DNA of 64,000 nt, taken from IMG/VR virus record IMGVR_UViG_3300044733_003647, positions 92,658-156,657 of that record; one strand, 5' to 3'. Below the pieces are notes generated by a model. That model saw only the letters and a program-made list of their open reading frames with translations. It ran no database searches and was not told where the DNA came from. Made by a program: the position numbers and the translations under genes. The DNA is from a virus. Shown in pieces: positions 46,209 to 55,637 of the stretch (position 1 is its first letter; every line of letters starts with the position of its first letter).

Positions 46209-47314
46209 TCTTGAGCACAGACGATGCAATTCACTGTGCAAAAGTATTTAAAGATTACTTTGGTGAATTCAATCGAATCGATGAATACATGCGAAATCAG
46301 AAGTTGGCATCTCTTTCTGAAATGCCAAGCAATCCTCTTTTTCCATTAGAAGATGATTTGTTTTCGGATTTCACTGTGCATCCATCCGATATGGATTTTG
46401 AAGTCTGTGAGATTCCAATTGATCAATGGGAAAATCTACTGAATATCACCAGTTCTCACATCAATATTTCTCCTGTTGGTCGCCAGGTTCGTCTGGCTGT
46501 TATCGAAAAGAACACCAAGAAAATTATTGGTTTCATTCGCCTTGGTTCTCCAGTAATCAATATGAAACCGAGAAATGAAATGTTGGCGCAGGTGTTCACT
46601 CAACAACCAGAATGGGCAAAACGATTTAATGATTCTGCAATGATGGGATTCGTAATCGTTCCCGCACAACCATTTGGTTACAATTATCTTGGTGGTAAAC
46701 TTCTTGCAAGTATTTGTACATCACATGAAGTTCGTGAAATCGTCAACAAGAAATACAATATGAACCTGTGTTTGTTTGAGACAACCAGTTTGTATGGTAG
46801 TACAAAGACAGTTTCTCAATATGATGGCATGAAACCTTTCATTCGTTTCAAAGGTTTAACTGACAGTGATTTTGTACCACTTATGCACGGTAAACCATAC
46901 GAAGACCTGAAAAGTTTTGTTGAAAGTAGAGTTGGTGATATCGTTGATCCCGAATCATCAAGTAAGAAACTTAAAACAACAATGACAATCATTGCTATGA
47001 CTAAGAGTGCATTAAAGGCTGACAAAGACGCTTTAAGTGAATTTAATGATACAATAAGTAAAGCGAAGAATCTGACAGAACAGAAGAGGTATTACATCAG
47101 TGATTATGGTTTTAATAACATGGTTGATTATGTCAACTGCAAAACTGACAAATTAATTCCTGGTGAAAACCATGAGAAACACTATCTTGAAAATCTGATC
47201 AGATGGTGGAAAAACAAGGCAACGAGCCGTTATACTAATCTGAACGAAGAAAAGAAATTGAAAACTGATCTAGAGGTTTGGACTTCAGGTAAAGAGATAC
47301 AAATCATAAGATGA
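46205..47314 (+). CDS. DUF4338 / Druantia DruA-like protein (paralog 2)
   Basis: PVGRQV, IVPAQPFGYNYLGGKLLA, FETTSLYG, SQYDG. Confidence 0.65.
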   Translation: MILSTDDAIHCAKVFKDYFGEFNRIDEYMRNQKLASLSEMPSNPLFPLEDDLFSDFTVHPSDMDFEVCEIPIDQWENLLNITSSHINISPVGRQVRLAVIEKNTKKIIGFIRLGSPVINMKPRNEMLAQVFTQQPEWAKRFNDSAMMGFVIVPAQPFGYNYLGGKLLASICTSHEVREIVNKKYNMNLCLFETTSLYGSTKTVSQYDGMKPFIRFKGLTDSDFVPLMHGKPYEDLKSFVESRVGDIVDPESSSKKLKTTMTIIAMTKSALKADKDALSEFNDTISKAKNLTEQKRYYISDYGFNNMVDYVNCKTDKLIPGENHEKHYLENLIRWWKNKATSRYTNLNEEKKLKTDLEVWTSGKEIQIIR

Positions 47315-47349
47315 AGACTAAATAATAAATTATAACAACAGGAATTGCA

Positions 47350-48381
47350 ATGGCCGACTTGGGTAGTAAAGCCACTGATGGTAGATTATCTTTCACAAAA
47401 TATGTGACAGAAAATAAAAGATTCTCCGAAATCGATTTTGAGATCGAAAAAGGAAAGTCTACTGTTCTGTATACCAAGAAAGGCAAAAACATAGTTGCTG
47501 GAACTAAAGAATTTAAGGCCGGCACCAAAATTAAGATAACTGATCGAAATGTGTTTGAGATTGGTAAGTTGAAGATGGCTTCAGTAAAAATTGGCCAAAC
47601 TTCTGGTTATATTCCAATCAATGCCATTCGCAAACCAACAGGCGGTAACGGCACACAATATGAAGATGAAGTTGTTGATGCCATTAATGCCTATATTCTA
47701 GATGCTGGTGGCAAAATTGATGTTAAATTAAAAGGTGACAACAAAATATACAAAGATATTGCGTATGCTATAAAAGTTGATTCACCAATAAAACAAAAAG
47801 CGGGTGTCAAGGGAGATCCTAAAGCTGACATTATTCTTTGCAAAGATAATAAGAATCCCACTGCATCTGGTTCGATTTATGTTTCTCATAAGAAAGAAGG
47901 TGGACCAGAAGCTTTTCAACAATATGGTGGTTTATCTGAACAGGCCGGTGAATATATCTACAATCATCCACTTGTTCAAAAGTTTTTGGGAGAAGTTGCC
48001 AAAGTTATTGGTAATAGTAATCAACTTTCTATGCCAGTTATGGGCGAATTTACGGATGATGAACTTGCCAATATGTCGATTTATGGACCAGAATATGGCC
48101 GACCATTCTCTTTACAACATACACAGTTGATTGGTCAAGGCAAACCAGTGTTTAAAAATATGGGCAAGCATATAGAACTCGACTTCTCCAGTCACATGAG
48201 TTTGTCTGGTGATTTATCACACTTTAAGGGTGGATACTTGCCGGTCTTTGGTGCAACATTTCGAGCTGGTCGAGGATTCACCTATAAGAATAAACGTTAT
48301 AATGGCGCTCGCGTAGCTATTTACCCATACAAGTTAATGGCCACTCGTGGTGGTTTGTTAATAGTAAAAATTAAAAAGTAA
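47350..48381 (+). CDS. PD-(D/E)XK-like nuclease-fold protein
   Basis: E-helix (GTQYEDEV), PKADI, VSHK; preceded by CTAAATA late-like motif. Confidence 0.55.
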   Translation: MADLGSKATDGRLSFTKYVTENKRFSEIDFEIEKGKSTVLYTKKGKNIVAGTKEFKAGTKIKITDRNVFEIGKLKMASVKIGQTSGYIPINAIRKPTGGNGTQYEDEVVDAINAYILDAGGKIDVKLKGDNKIYKDIAYAIKVDSPIKQKAGVKGDPKADIILCKDNKNPTASGSIYVSHKKEGGPEAFQQYGGLSEQAGEYIYNHPLVQKFLGEVAKVIGNSNQLSMPVMGEFTDDELANMSIYGPEYGRPFSLQHTQLIGQGKPVFKNMGKHIELDFSSHMSLSGDLSHFKGGYLPVFGATFRAGRGFTYKNKRYNGARVAIYPYKLMATRGGLLIVKIKK

Positions 48382-48406
48382 AATTAATACATCAAGAGGT
48401 TAAATT

Positions 48407-49117
48407 ATGAGTGTGACAGTGATTATGCCAACTACCGGTGCACCGGAGTTGAAGACTGCTATTGCAAGTGTGTTGAATCAGAGTTATGAATCAAAATGTT
48501 ATGTTGTTGCAGATGGACCAAAAGCACATTCCAGTACAAGAATCATCACGGATGATTTTTTGTCAAGAAAGAATCTGGAAAGGTGTTTTCTACCACTTAA
48601 TGTCGGTGCAAACGGATTCTATGGTCATAGAGTTTACGCAGCTTTCACCCACCTAATTGATACCAAGTATGTGATTTACCTGGATCAAGACTGTTGGTTT
48701 GAACCAGATCATATCAAGAACTGCATCAAGACAATAGAGGAGCAGAACCTGGACTGGTCCTATTCGCTCCGAAAGGTATGCACAAAAGACGGTGAATACA
48801 TATGTAATGATGATTGCGAATCTCTTGGTAAGTGGAAAACATATCATGGAGTTAATCACATAGATACTAATTGCTATTGCATAAAAACAGAAGTTGCGAT
48901 AAAATTAGCACAAGTATGGCATGGTGGTTGGGGTCAAGATCGTGTTTGGTTAAATGTATTGTCACAACATTTTCCTAAATTCGACTGCACAGGAAAGTAT
49001 ACTGTCAACTATCGTGTTGATGGCAATGCTGGTTCTGTTAATGCAGACTTCTTTTTAAATGGCAACAAAGTGATGAATGAAAAATATAATGGAGAATTTC
49101 CGTGGAGAAAAATTTAA
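48407..49117 (+). CDS. Glycosyltransferase family 2
   Basis: VIMPT, SVLNQSY, YLDQD. Confidence 0.85.
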   Translation: MSVTVIMPTTGAPELKTAIASVLNQSYESKCYVVADGPKAHSSTRIITDDFLSRKNLERCFLPLNVGANGFYGHRVYAAFTHLIDTKYVIYLDQDCWFEPDHIKNCIKTIEEQNLDWSYSLRKVCTKDGEYICNDDCESLGKWKTYHGVNHIDTNCYCIKTEVAIKLAQVWHGGWGQDRVWLNVLSQHFPKFDCTGKYTVNYRVDGNAGSVNADFFLNGNKVMNEKYNGEFPWRKI

Positions 49118-49959
49118 TTATTGGTGGTTTCACCAACTATGAAATCAATCAGTTAAAACCTTGGGTATTGTCAGCAAAAGAAGTTGCTGGTGATAATGAT
49201 GTTGTTCTGGTTACGGGTAAAACAACACAAAAAACAATCGATTGGTTAAATGAACAAGGTGTCATTGTTGTTCCAATGGCTCATGTTGATGGCGTTCCAA
49301 TTCACGTTTTGAGATTCCTATCAATCTATGAATATCTCAGAACAAACTGGGCAAAATATAAATTGGTTGTTACGACCGATGTAAAAGACGTTTACTTTCA
49401 AAAAGATCCATTCGAACACATTGAAAGAGAAATCACACCAGGTTCCTCGGTGAAATTAATTGTTGCATCTGAAGGGCTTCGTTATAAAGATGAACCTTGG
49501 GGTGATGACAATCTGAAACAGTCCTATGGTCCATATGTTTATGAACAATTCAAAAACAATGTTATCTACAACGTAGGAACTTTTGGTGGCGCTTCAGAAT
49601 ATGTGAAAGATATGGTTTTCAATATCTTTACGAATGCAATCAACAGGCCAATTCCTATTTGTGACCAAGCAGTATTCAATGTTTTGATTGGCACACAACC
49701 TTTCAAAGATGTGGTGAGAGTCACAGTTAGTTGGGCTTGTGAAGCTGGCACTGTTGCAGATCCAACAAAGATTGATTATTTCAGACCAAATCTATTGTGT
49801 TATGAACCAGTGTTTGATAATGGTGTTGTAATGACACATGATAGATATGTTTTCCCCATCGTTCATCAATATGATCGCGTTCCCGAATGGAAGAAATTCG
49901 TTGAACAAAAATATGATCAGGAAGATGAATCACAATTCTTTAAGTATAGGACTTTATAA
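49102..49959 (+). CDS. GT-A glycosyltransferase-like protein
   Basis: TDVKDVYFQKDPF, DQAVFN, IVHQYDR. Confidence 0.7.
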   Translation: MEKNLIIGGFTNYEINQLKPWVLSAKEVAGDNDVVLVTGKTTQKTIDWLNEQGVIVVPMAHVDGVPIHVLRFLSIYEYLRTNWAKYKLVVTTDVKDVYFQKDPFEHIEREITPGSSVKLIVASEGLRYKDEPWGDDNLKQSYGPYVYEQFKNNVIYNVGTFGGASEYVKDMVFNIFTNAINRPIPICDQAVFNVLIGTQPFKDVVRVTVSWACEAGTVADPTKIDYFRPNLLCYEPVFDNGVVMTHDRYVFPIVHQYDRVPEWKKFVEQKYDQEDESQFFKYRTL

Positions 49960-50528
49960 TGAGTGACGTTATTACATTTAATACTGAAACACAAGCTTTC
50001 ACACTTCCGACCACAACGTTCAAGTGTTCTGGTTACGGGCTTGGAGAGATGATCAAAAAAATGCATTATCCAAGAGTGTTGGAAATTGGTTGTGATATTG
50101 GTGACACCACACAATTTTTGTTGGATAGTAATCCAGACTGTGTATTGACTGGTGTAGATCCATATTCAAACTATGTTGACTGGAACGGAAACAATCTAAA
50201 TGAACGCGAAGCAATCTATCAAAGATTTATGAATCGTTTGTTGGGTTACAGTAATCGTTTTAATCTGTTGAGAGACTATTCGGACAACGTTGTCGATAAA
50301 CTATTTGATGATGATTATGATGTTATCTTTATTGATGGTCTACACACTTACGAACAACTCACCAAAGATTGTGCCAACTTCTATTCTAAAGTGAAGCCTG
50401 GTGGCGTCTTTGCTGGGCATGATTACAATGCTATTCCTGGTGTTCGTAAAGCCGCAGATGAGTTTGCCGCCAAAGTTGGCAAAGAAATTCTTTTCACAGA
50501 TTGTGATGTTTGGTACTGGATCAAATGA
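49959..50528 (+). CDS. Class I SAM methyltransferase (Methyltransf_24-like)
   Basis: LEIGCDIG, FIDGLHTY, KPGGVFAGHDY. Confidence 0.88.
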   Translation: MSDVITFNTETQAFTLPTTTFKCSGYGLGEMIKKMHYPRVLEIGCDIGDTTQFLLDSNPDCVLTGVDPYSNYVDWNGNNLNEREAIYQRFMNRLLGYSNRFNLLRDYSDNVVDKLFDDDYDVIFIDGLHTYEQLTKDCANFYSKVKPGGVFAGHDYNAIPGVRKAADEFAAKVGKEILFTDCDVWYWIK

Positions 50529-51214
50529 AAAATTGTATCGTCTTATCTGGTCAATATAGAACATTTGACCAAACATGGGAAAACATCAAAAAGTTTATTG
50601 ATTTAAATCAACTGGATGTTTACTGTCACCTCTGGTCTGACAGTCAGGAAGAATTTAACAATGTGATTGATAGATTGAAACCTATAAGAATCAAAGCCGA
50701 GAACTATGAGGTTCACAAAGAAGAATTTGAAGAGATGGAAAAAAGGATTCGTCTTGCCCATCCAAAGAATGCAAACAATGATAGAATTGCCGGTAATGCA
50801 TCGATGAACTATAGCCGAAAGGCAGCATTCGATTTGATTGAAGAAGAATATCACACACTGGTATATTGTAGATACGATATCAAGTTTCATCAGTTATTTG
50901 ATTTCAAAGATGTTGATATGTTAATCACTCCTTTCGAGGAGTCTTACAATTTAATATCTGATATTTTTGCAATCATGCCATTCTCTTATGCAAAACATTA
51001 TTTTTTATATGATGAATATGAAAGATTGCATTCAACTCAATTCGAACAAGAATTTGAAGATCACCTCAGAAATGACCGCAAATATGGTGAGGAGAATATC
51101 AGAATTCATAAAGAAGATAGATATTGCCCACACATGATGTTATTGCGTAATATATACATGAACAAACTACGTGGTGTAACAACAGACCAACTCAGAGTAT
51201 CGATACAAAGATGA
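50525..51214 (+). CDS. Putative glycosyltransferase-like protein
   Basis: LSGQYR..DVYCHLW..CRYD; paralogous to next gene. Confidence 0.55.
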   Translation: MKNCIVLSGQYRTFDQTWENIKKFIDLNQLDVYCHLWSDSQEEFNNVIDRLKPIRIKAENYEVHKEEFEEMEKRIRLAHPKNANNDRIAGNASMNYSRKAAFDLIEEEYHTLVYCRYDIKFHQLFDFKDVDMLITPFEESYNLISDIFAIMPFSYAKHYFLYDEYERLHSTQFEQEFEDHLRNDRKYGEENIRIHKEDRYCPHMMLLRNIYMNKLRGVTTDQLRVSIQR

Positions 51215-51888
51215 AAATTGCATTATGTTTTTCTGGACAATCCAGATCGTTTGAAAAAGGTTATGAATATTACAAACGTAATCTACTAGACCATTACGAT
51301 GTGGATGTGTACATTCATAGTTGGAAATTTGATGGTGAAAGAAAACTTTTGGAACTTTATAGGCCAACAAGTTATGAATTCGACACACCACCTTTGGTTG
51401 ATTATGACAGCAAGTATAAAAATACACCAAACGCAGAGAAATATCCTCCAAGATTCACTTATCGGATGTTCTATTCTATGAATGAATGTAAAAAATTGGT
51501 CTTTGGTGATTATGATTGGATCATTCGTTCGCGTACAGATTATGCATTGAACGTGAAGATTCCTTTCGAACAGTTGGATAATTCTAAGTTGTACATACCA
51601 AATTGCAGAATGGTGCCGACGAGAGACTTTGGGAATGACCAGTTTGCTTTTTCATCAAAAGACAATATGATGAAATATATGTCAACATATGAAAACATTG
51701 ATGAATACTACAATGGTGGCAATCAATTCATTGGTGAAGACTTGATGAGAGCGAACTTACACAAACACGGTTTGATTGGTGAGAAACTTGTCTATGTGAA
51801 CATGAACAATCCATTTCCACCTGGTGCTCACAACGGAACATGGCATTCTTTAATTCGGGATGATTACGAACAATGGACAAAATCATAA
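51211..51888 (+). CDS. Putative glycosyltransferase-like protein
   Basis: FSGQSR..DVYIHSW..SRTD, NDQFA. Confidence 0.55.
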   Translation: MKIALCFSGQSRSFEKGYEYYKRNLLDHYDVDVYIHSWKFDGERKLLELYRPTSYEFDTPPLVDYDSKYKNTPNAEKYPPRFTYRMFYSMNECKKLVFGDYDWIIRSRTDYALNVKIPFEQLDNSKLYIPNCRMVPTRDFGNDQFAFSSKDNMMKYMSTYENIDEYYNGGNQFIGEDLMRANLHKHGLIGEKLVYVNMNNPFPPGAHNGTWHSLIRDDYEQWTKS

Positions 51889-52616
51889 AGGAACTCAGTG
51901 GTCATTCCGGTTGTAAAATATTTTTGAAAGAAAACGAAACCGGATTGTACGTTGAAAAGACTGGTAATATAGAAAGAAATTTCAAACAAATGAAGTTTCT
52001 ATATGATGCATACTATCCTGTTCCTGAAATATATTCGGTTGGTGAAAATGTTCTAATCATGGAATACATTCACGGTTTGGATATGAAGAATTATCTAATA
52101 CACAATAATAGTCACCAGCTGTTTAATTTTTTGTCTACTTTATTTGATAATTTTTCTGATAATCTCGAAATGAAAGACTATACCGAAACTTATTACAATA
52201 AGTTGAAGTGGTTGGACGACTGTGATGAAATGCCATTCACAAAGGAAGAATTGATTGGCAAGTTACCTAAAATTTTACCCAAATCAACATATCATGGCGA
52301 CTTAACGTTAGAGAACATAATGTACACCGATCCAGGATTTCACCTGATCGATCCTGTCACGATAGAATATGATTCTTATGTCTTTGACATTGCAAAACTC
52401 AGGCAAGACCTGGAGTGCAAATGGTTCTTAAGAAACACCAATATCAAGTTGGAGGTCAAGTTACAGAACCTACAAAATAAACTAAGAAAACAATATGAAA
52501 AGTTTTTCGATGACAATCTTTTGATATTGATGTTGTTAAGAGTCTATCTACATACTAAACAAGGTGATGACAACCATAAATTCATTATGAAGGAAATAAA
52601 CAGACTATGGAAATAA
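51873..52616 (+). CDS. APH/choline-kinase-like phosphotransferase
   Basis: GHSG, MEYI, HGDLTLENI, LIDP. Confidence 0.8.
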   Translation: MDKIIKELSGHSGCKIFLKENETGLYVEKTGNIERNFKQMKFLYDAYYPVPEIYSVGENVLIMEYIHGLDMKNYLIHNNSHQLFNFLSTLFDNFSDNLEMKDYTETYYNKLKWLDDCDEMPFTKEELIGKLPKILPKSTYHGDLTLENIMYTDPGFHLIDPVTIEYDSYVFDIAKLRQDLECKWFLRNTNIKLEVKLQNLQNKLRKQYEKFFDDNLLILMLLRVYLHTKQGDDNHKFIMKEINRLWK

Positions 52617-53632
52617 TTGTACCCGCAGCAGGACTATCTACAAGATTTCCTGACATGAAGCCAAAATATCTCTTGTACGATTACAGGGGTGAAATGATGT
52701 TGATGAATGCACTGAGAAAATATAGGGAACTCGGTATGAAAATCAACATCGGTATTCTAAAAGAACACCAAGACAAGTATGCTGTCATAGAACAGATACA
52801 ACATGAATGGTCCGACAATCTTAATTTTGTTGTGATTGATAAACCAACCAAAGGGCCTGCCGATACTGTATATCGCATTTTATCAGAATCTGGTACAAAA
52901 GGTGAGTTCTTAGTTAAAGATTGTGACAGTTTCTTTGACCACGAAAACACATCAGGTAATTACATTTGTGTTTCCAACATCTCTGAACATGAGATTCTGA
53001 AGAAGTTGGCATCAAAAAGTTTTGTTATTGTTAATGAACAAGACATTGTAACCAATATCATAGAAAAACAGGTTGTTTCAGACACATTCTGTGTTGGTGG
53101 TTACAAATTCGAAAGTGCTGAACAATACAAGTCTGCTTTTGAATATGTTTCACAAATGGATGGTGAAATCTTTGTTTCTGATATTATTGGTCGAATGTTA
53201 GATCAAGGGCACATTTTCACCAAGAGAAGTGTCACAAATTATGTTGACGTTGGAACCGCGAATGATTGGTTTGAATACAATGACAGACCAGTGATCTTCT
53301 GTGACATTGATGGTACAATTGTCAAGGCACAATCTAGACTGGATCTGGAAAGTAAGTGTCTTGAAGTACCTTTACAGAATAATGTGAAAAGATTATTGAA
53401 ACTCCAAGATAGTGGCGCACAATTTATCTTTACTTCTGCTAGAGAAAATGAGTATACATCACTGACAAGAGAGATGTTATATCGGTTAGGTTTTAAAAGT
53501 TTCACTTTGATTTGTGGTCTACAGAATTCTAGAAGAATCTTGATCAATGATTACAACAAGGCGAATCCATATCCTAGAGCAGAAGCCATCAATTTATACC
53601 GAGATTCTGATAACCTGAGTGATTTTCTATGA
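52607..53632 (+). CDS. Sugar nucleotidyltransferase-like + HAD phosphatase fusion
   Basis: PAAGLSTRF..PK N-domain; CDIDGT HAD motif. Confidence 0.8.
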   Translation: MEIIVPAAGLSTRFPDMKPKYLLYDYRGEMMLMNALRKYRELGMKINIGILKEHQDKYAVIEQIQHEWSDNLNFVVIDKPTKGPADTVYRILSESGTKGEFLVKDCDSFFDHENTSGNYICVSNISEHEILKKLASKSFVIVNEQDIVTNIIEKQVVSDTFCVGGYKFESAEQYKSAFEYVSQMDGEIFVSDIIGRMLDQGHIFTKRSVTNYVDVGTANDWFEYNDRPVIFCDIDGTIVKAQSRLDLESKCLEVPLQNNVKRLLKLQDSGAQFIFTSARENEYTSLTREMLYRLGFKSFTLICGLQNSRRILINDYNKANPYPRAEAINLYRDSDNLSDFL

Positions 53633-54330
53633 TACCAGATAAAAATCTGTTTATTGTTACTTCATCACTTAAACCAGCCATTGGTGCATTTAATGACGAA
53701 GAAAGATTTTCACAAACAGTTGCATCATTGAAGTCTATACGCAAGGTGTTACCTGAAGCAATCATATTGTTTGCAGATGTTTCGGTTAGACCAGTCTCGG
53801 AGTTAGAAAAAGAAACTTTAGCTGGTCTATCAAATTATTATTTGGATTTGAGTGAAGAACCAAATACAAGATATTGTGCAGTAAATGGTCTGAAGAGTCA
53901 TGGTGAAAACTGTTTATTGTTTGCAACACTTGCAACAATTAAAAATGACTTAAAATTAAGTAAGATGTTGAGTTCAGTCAAAAGAATATTTAAGTTTTCT
54001 GCAAGGTCTGAACTTGAAGATAGTTTCGATATGAAAGAATATGAAAACTTGTTTGGTAAGTTTGTATTCAAGAAAAGAATACCAACTTGGATGGGTTACA
54101 TTAAGTTTGGTGCAGATCATCTATTAATCACCAGAATGTGGTCAATGTGCCCATCTTTAATAGATGCTTATTTATCAGTTATTCAACAGAATCTAGGAAT
54201 GTTATCCAATGGTCTTGCTGACACAGAACATGCACATTATGTAAATATACCAAAAGATTATTTGATCGAATTTGACAAAATACATTGCTGGGGATGGTTG
54301 GCGGGAAATAGACAAATCGAACATTATTGA
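53629..54330 (+). CDS. Hypothetical protein (glycan cluster)
   Basis: Translationally coupled at end of cluster. Confidence 0.6.
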   Translation: MIPDKNLFIVTSSLKPAIGAFNDEERFSQTVASLKSIRKVLPEAIILFADVSVRPVSELEKETLAGLSNYYLDLSEEPNTRYCAVNGLKSHGENCLLFATLATIKNDLKLSKMLSSVKRIFKFSARSELEDSFDMKEYENLFGKFVFKKRIPTWMGYIKFGADHLLITRMWSMCPSLIDAYLSVIQQNLGMLSNGLADTEHAHYVNIPKDYLIEFDKIHCWGWLAGNRQIEHY

Positions 54331-54353
54331 GTGCTATATATCGAACCGAATAT

Positions 54354-54394
54354 TTGACAAATTTGCCAGTGTGTAGTATAATCCATTATAAATA
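54354..54394 (+). promoter_or_regulatory. Tandem sigma70 and late promoters
   Basis: TTGACA-17-TATAAT (54354-54382) then TATAAATA (54387-54394). Confidence 0.75.
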
Positions 54395-54437
54395 AATCCA
54401 CGGGCAACCAAAGTGTGTTGCAATCAAAGGCAAATTA

Positions 54438-55637
54438 ATGAAATCTTTTAAGTCATTTATCAGAGAACAGGTAGAGCCTGAAGAGGAAGGTGCAAGCCGT
54501 CAGATTAAACATTTGACGCACGTTGAAGATCGTCCACTTCAAAAGGGAGAAAAGGGTGCAAAACACGCCATGAAATCTCTGATGGCTGCGGCTGAACACA
54601 TAAAACAAGGTAAAAAGACTTCCGAATTAACAACAAAATATGATGGATCTCCTGCCATCGTTTATGGGCATCATCCAGAAAATGGTAAGTTTTTTGTTGC
54701 ATCCAAGTCAGCCTTCAACAAAACACCTAAGGTCAACTATACTCCAGCTGACATTCTAAAGAACCATGGTCATGCACCAGGTCTTGTTTCCAAATTAAAA
54801 GAAGCACTCAAACACTTACCCAAAGTTACACCAAAAGAAGGTGTTTATCAAGGTGACATGATGTTTTCGGCCGAAGATAAGAAGAAAAGTGTTGATGGTG
54901 GAACATCTTTTAATCCAAATCCTTCTGGTTTGACATACACCGCACATGGAGATCATAAGAAGTCCGTAGACAAGGCAAAAATTGGTGTCGTCACACACCT
55001 CTCATACCACGGCAAAGATTCCAAAAATCTAAACGCATCACACGAAGTTGATCACGAAAACTTCCAGAAACATTCGGATGTATTCTCGGTCGACCCAAGA
55101 ATGGATACTGCAAAGGTTCATTTTAGTAAAGAACATCAAAAACAATTTGATAAACACATTAAGATGGCTCAGTCAGTTCACGATACACACGGTGATGATA
55201 TGTATGCTGGCACCAGTGCTCACCACGGTGTTGGTGGCCATCTAGAAACATATATGAATCACACAGTTAGAACTGGTGAACAACCAAATCATCAAAACTT
55301 TAAAAACTGGTTAGAAACCAACAAAAACAAAGCCATCGATAAGTTGAAGACCGAAAAAAATAAGACAGCCAAACAATCAGAGTTGAAAGATGAACTGGGC
55401 AAGATTGAAAGAAATAAGAAACACTATAACAATCTATTCAAAATGCATGGGCATCTACAGGCTGCAAAAAATGTTTTGATTGATGTAATGAATCAACACC
55501 AAGAATTTCAACATAAACATGGTGGTGAAACTGCTAATCCAGAAGGATACGTATTTCACCACGGAAATGAATCGGATAAATTTGTAAATAGAGCAGAATT
55601 TTCCCGCAGAAACTTTGCTGGAATTAGAAACATATGA
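54438..55637 (+). CDS. RNA-ligase-like nucleotidyltransferase (DUF6267-like) with capsid-targeting-like N-terminus
   Basis: TKYDG (motif I), YQGD, EGYV, terminal K; starts MKSFKSFIRE. Confidence 0.6.
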   Translation: MKSFKSFIREQVEPEEEGASRQIKHLTHVEDRPLQKGEKGAKHAMKSLMAAAEHIKQGKKTSELTTKYDGSPAIVYGHHPENGKFFVASKSAFNKTPKVNYTPADILKNHGHAPGLVSKLKEALKHLPKVTPKEGVYQGDMMFSAEDKKKSVDGGTSFNPNPSGLTYTAHGDHKKSVDKAKIGVVTHLSYHGKDSKNLNASHEVDHENFQKHSDVFSVDPRMDTAKVHFSKEHQKQFDKHIKMAQSVHDTHGDDMYAGTSAHHGVGGHLETYMNHTVRTGEQPNHQNFKNWLETNKNKAIDKLKTEKNKTAKQSELKDELGKIERNKKHYNNLFKMHGHLQAAKNVLIDVMNQHQEFQHKHGGETANPEGYVFHHGNESDKFVNRAEFSRRNFAGIRNI

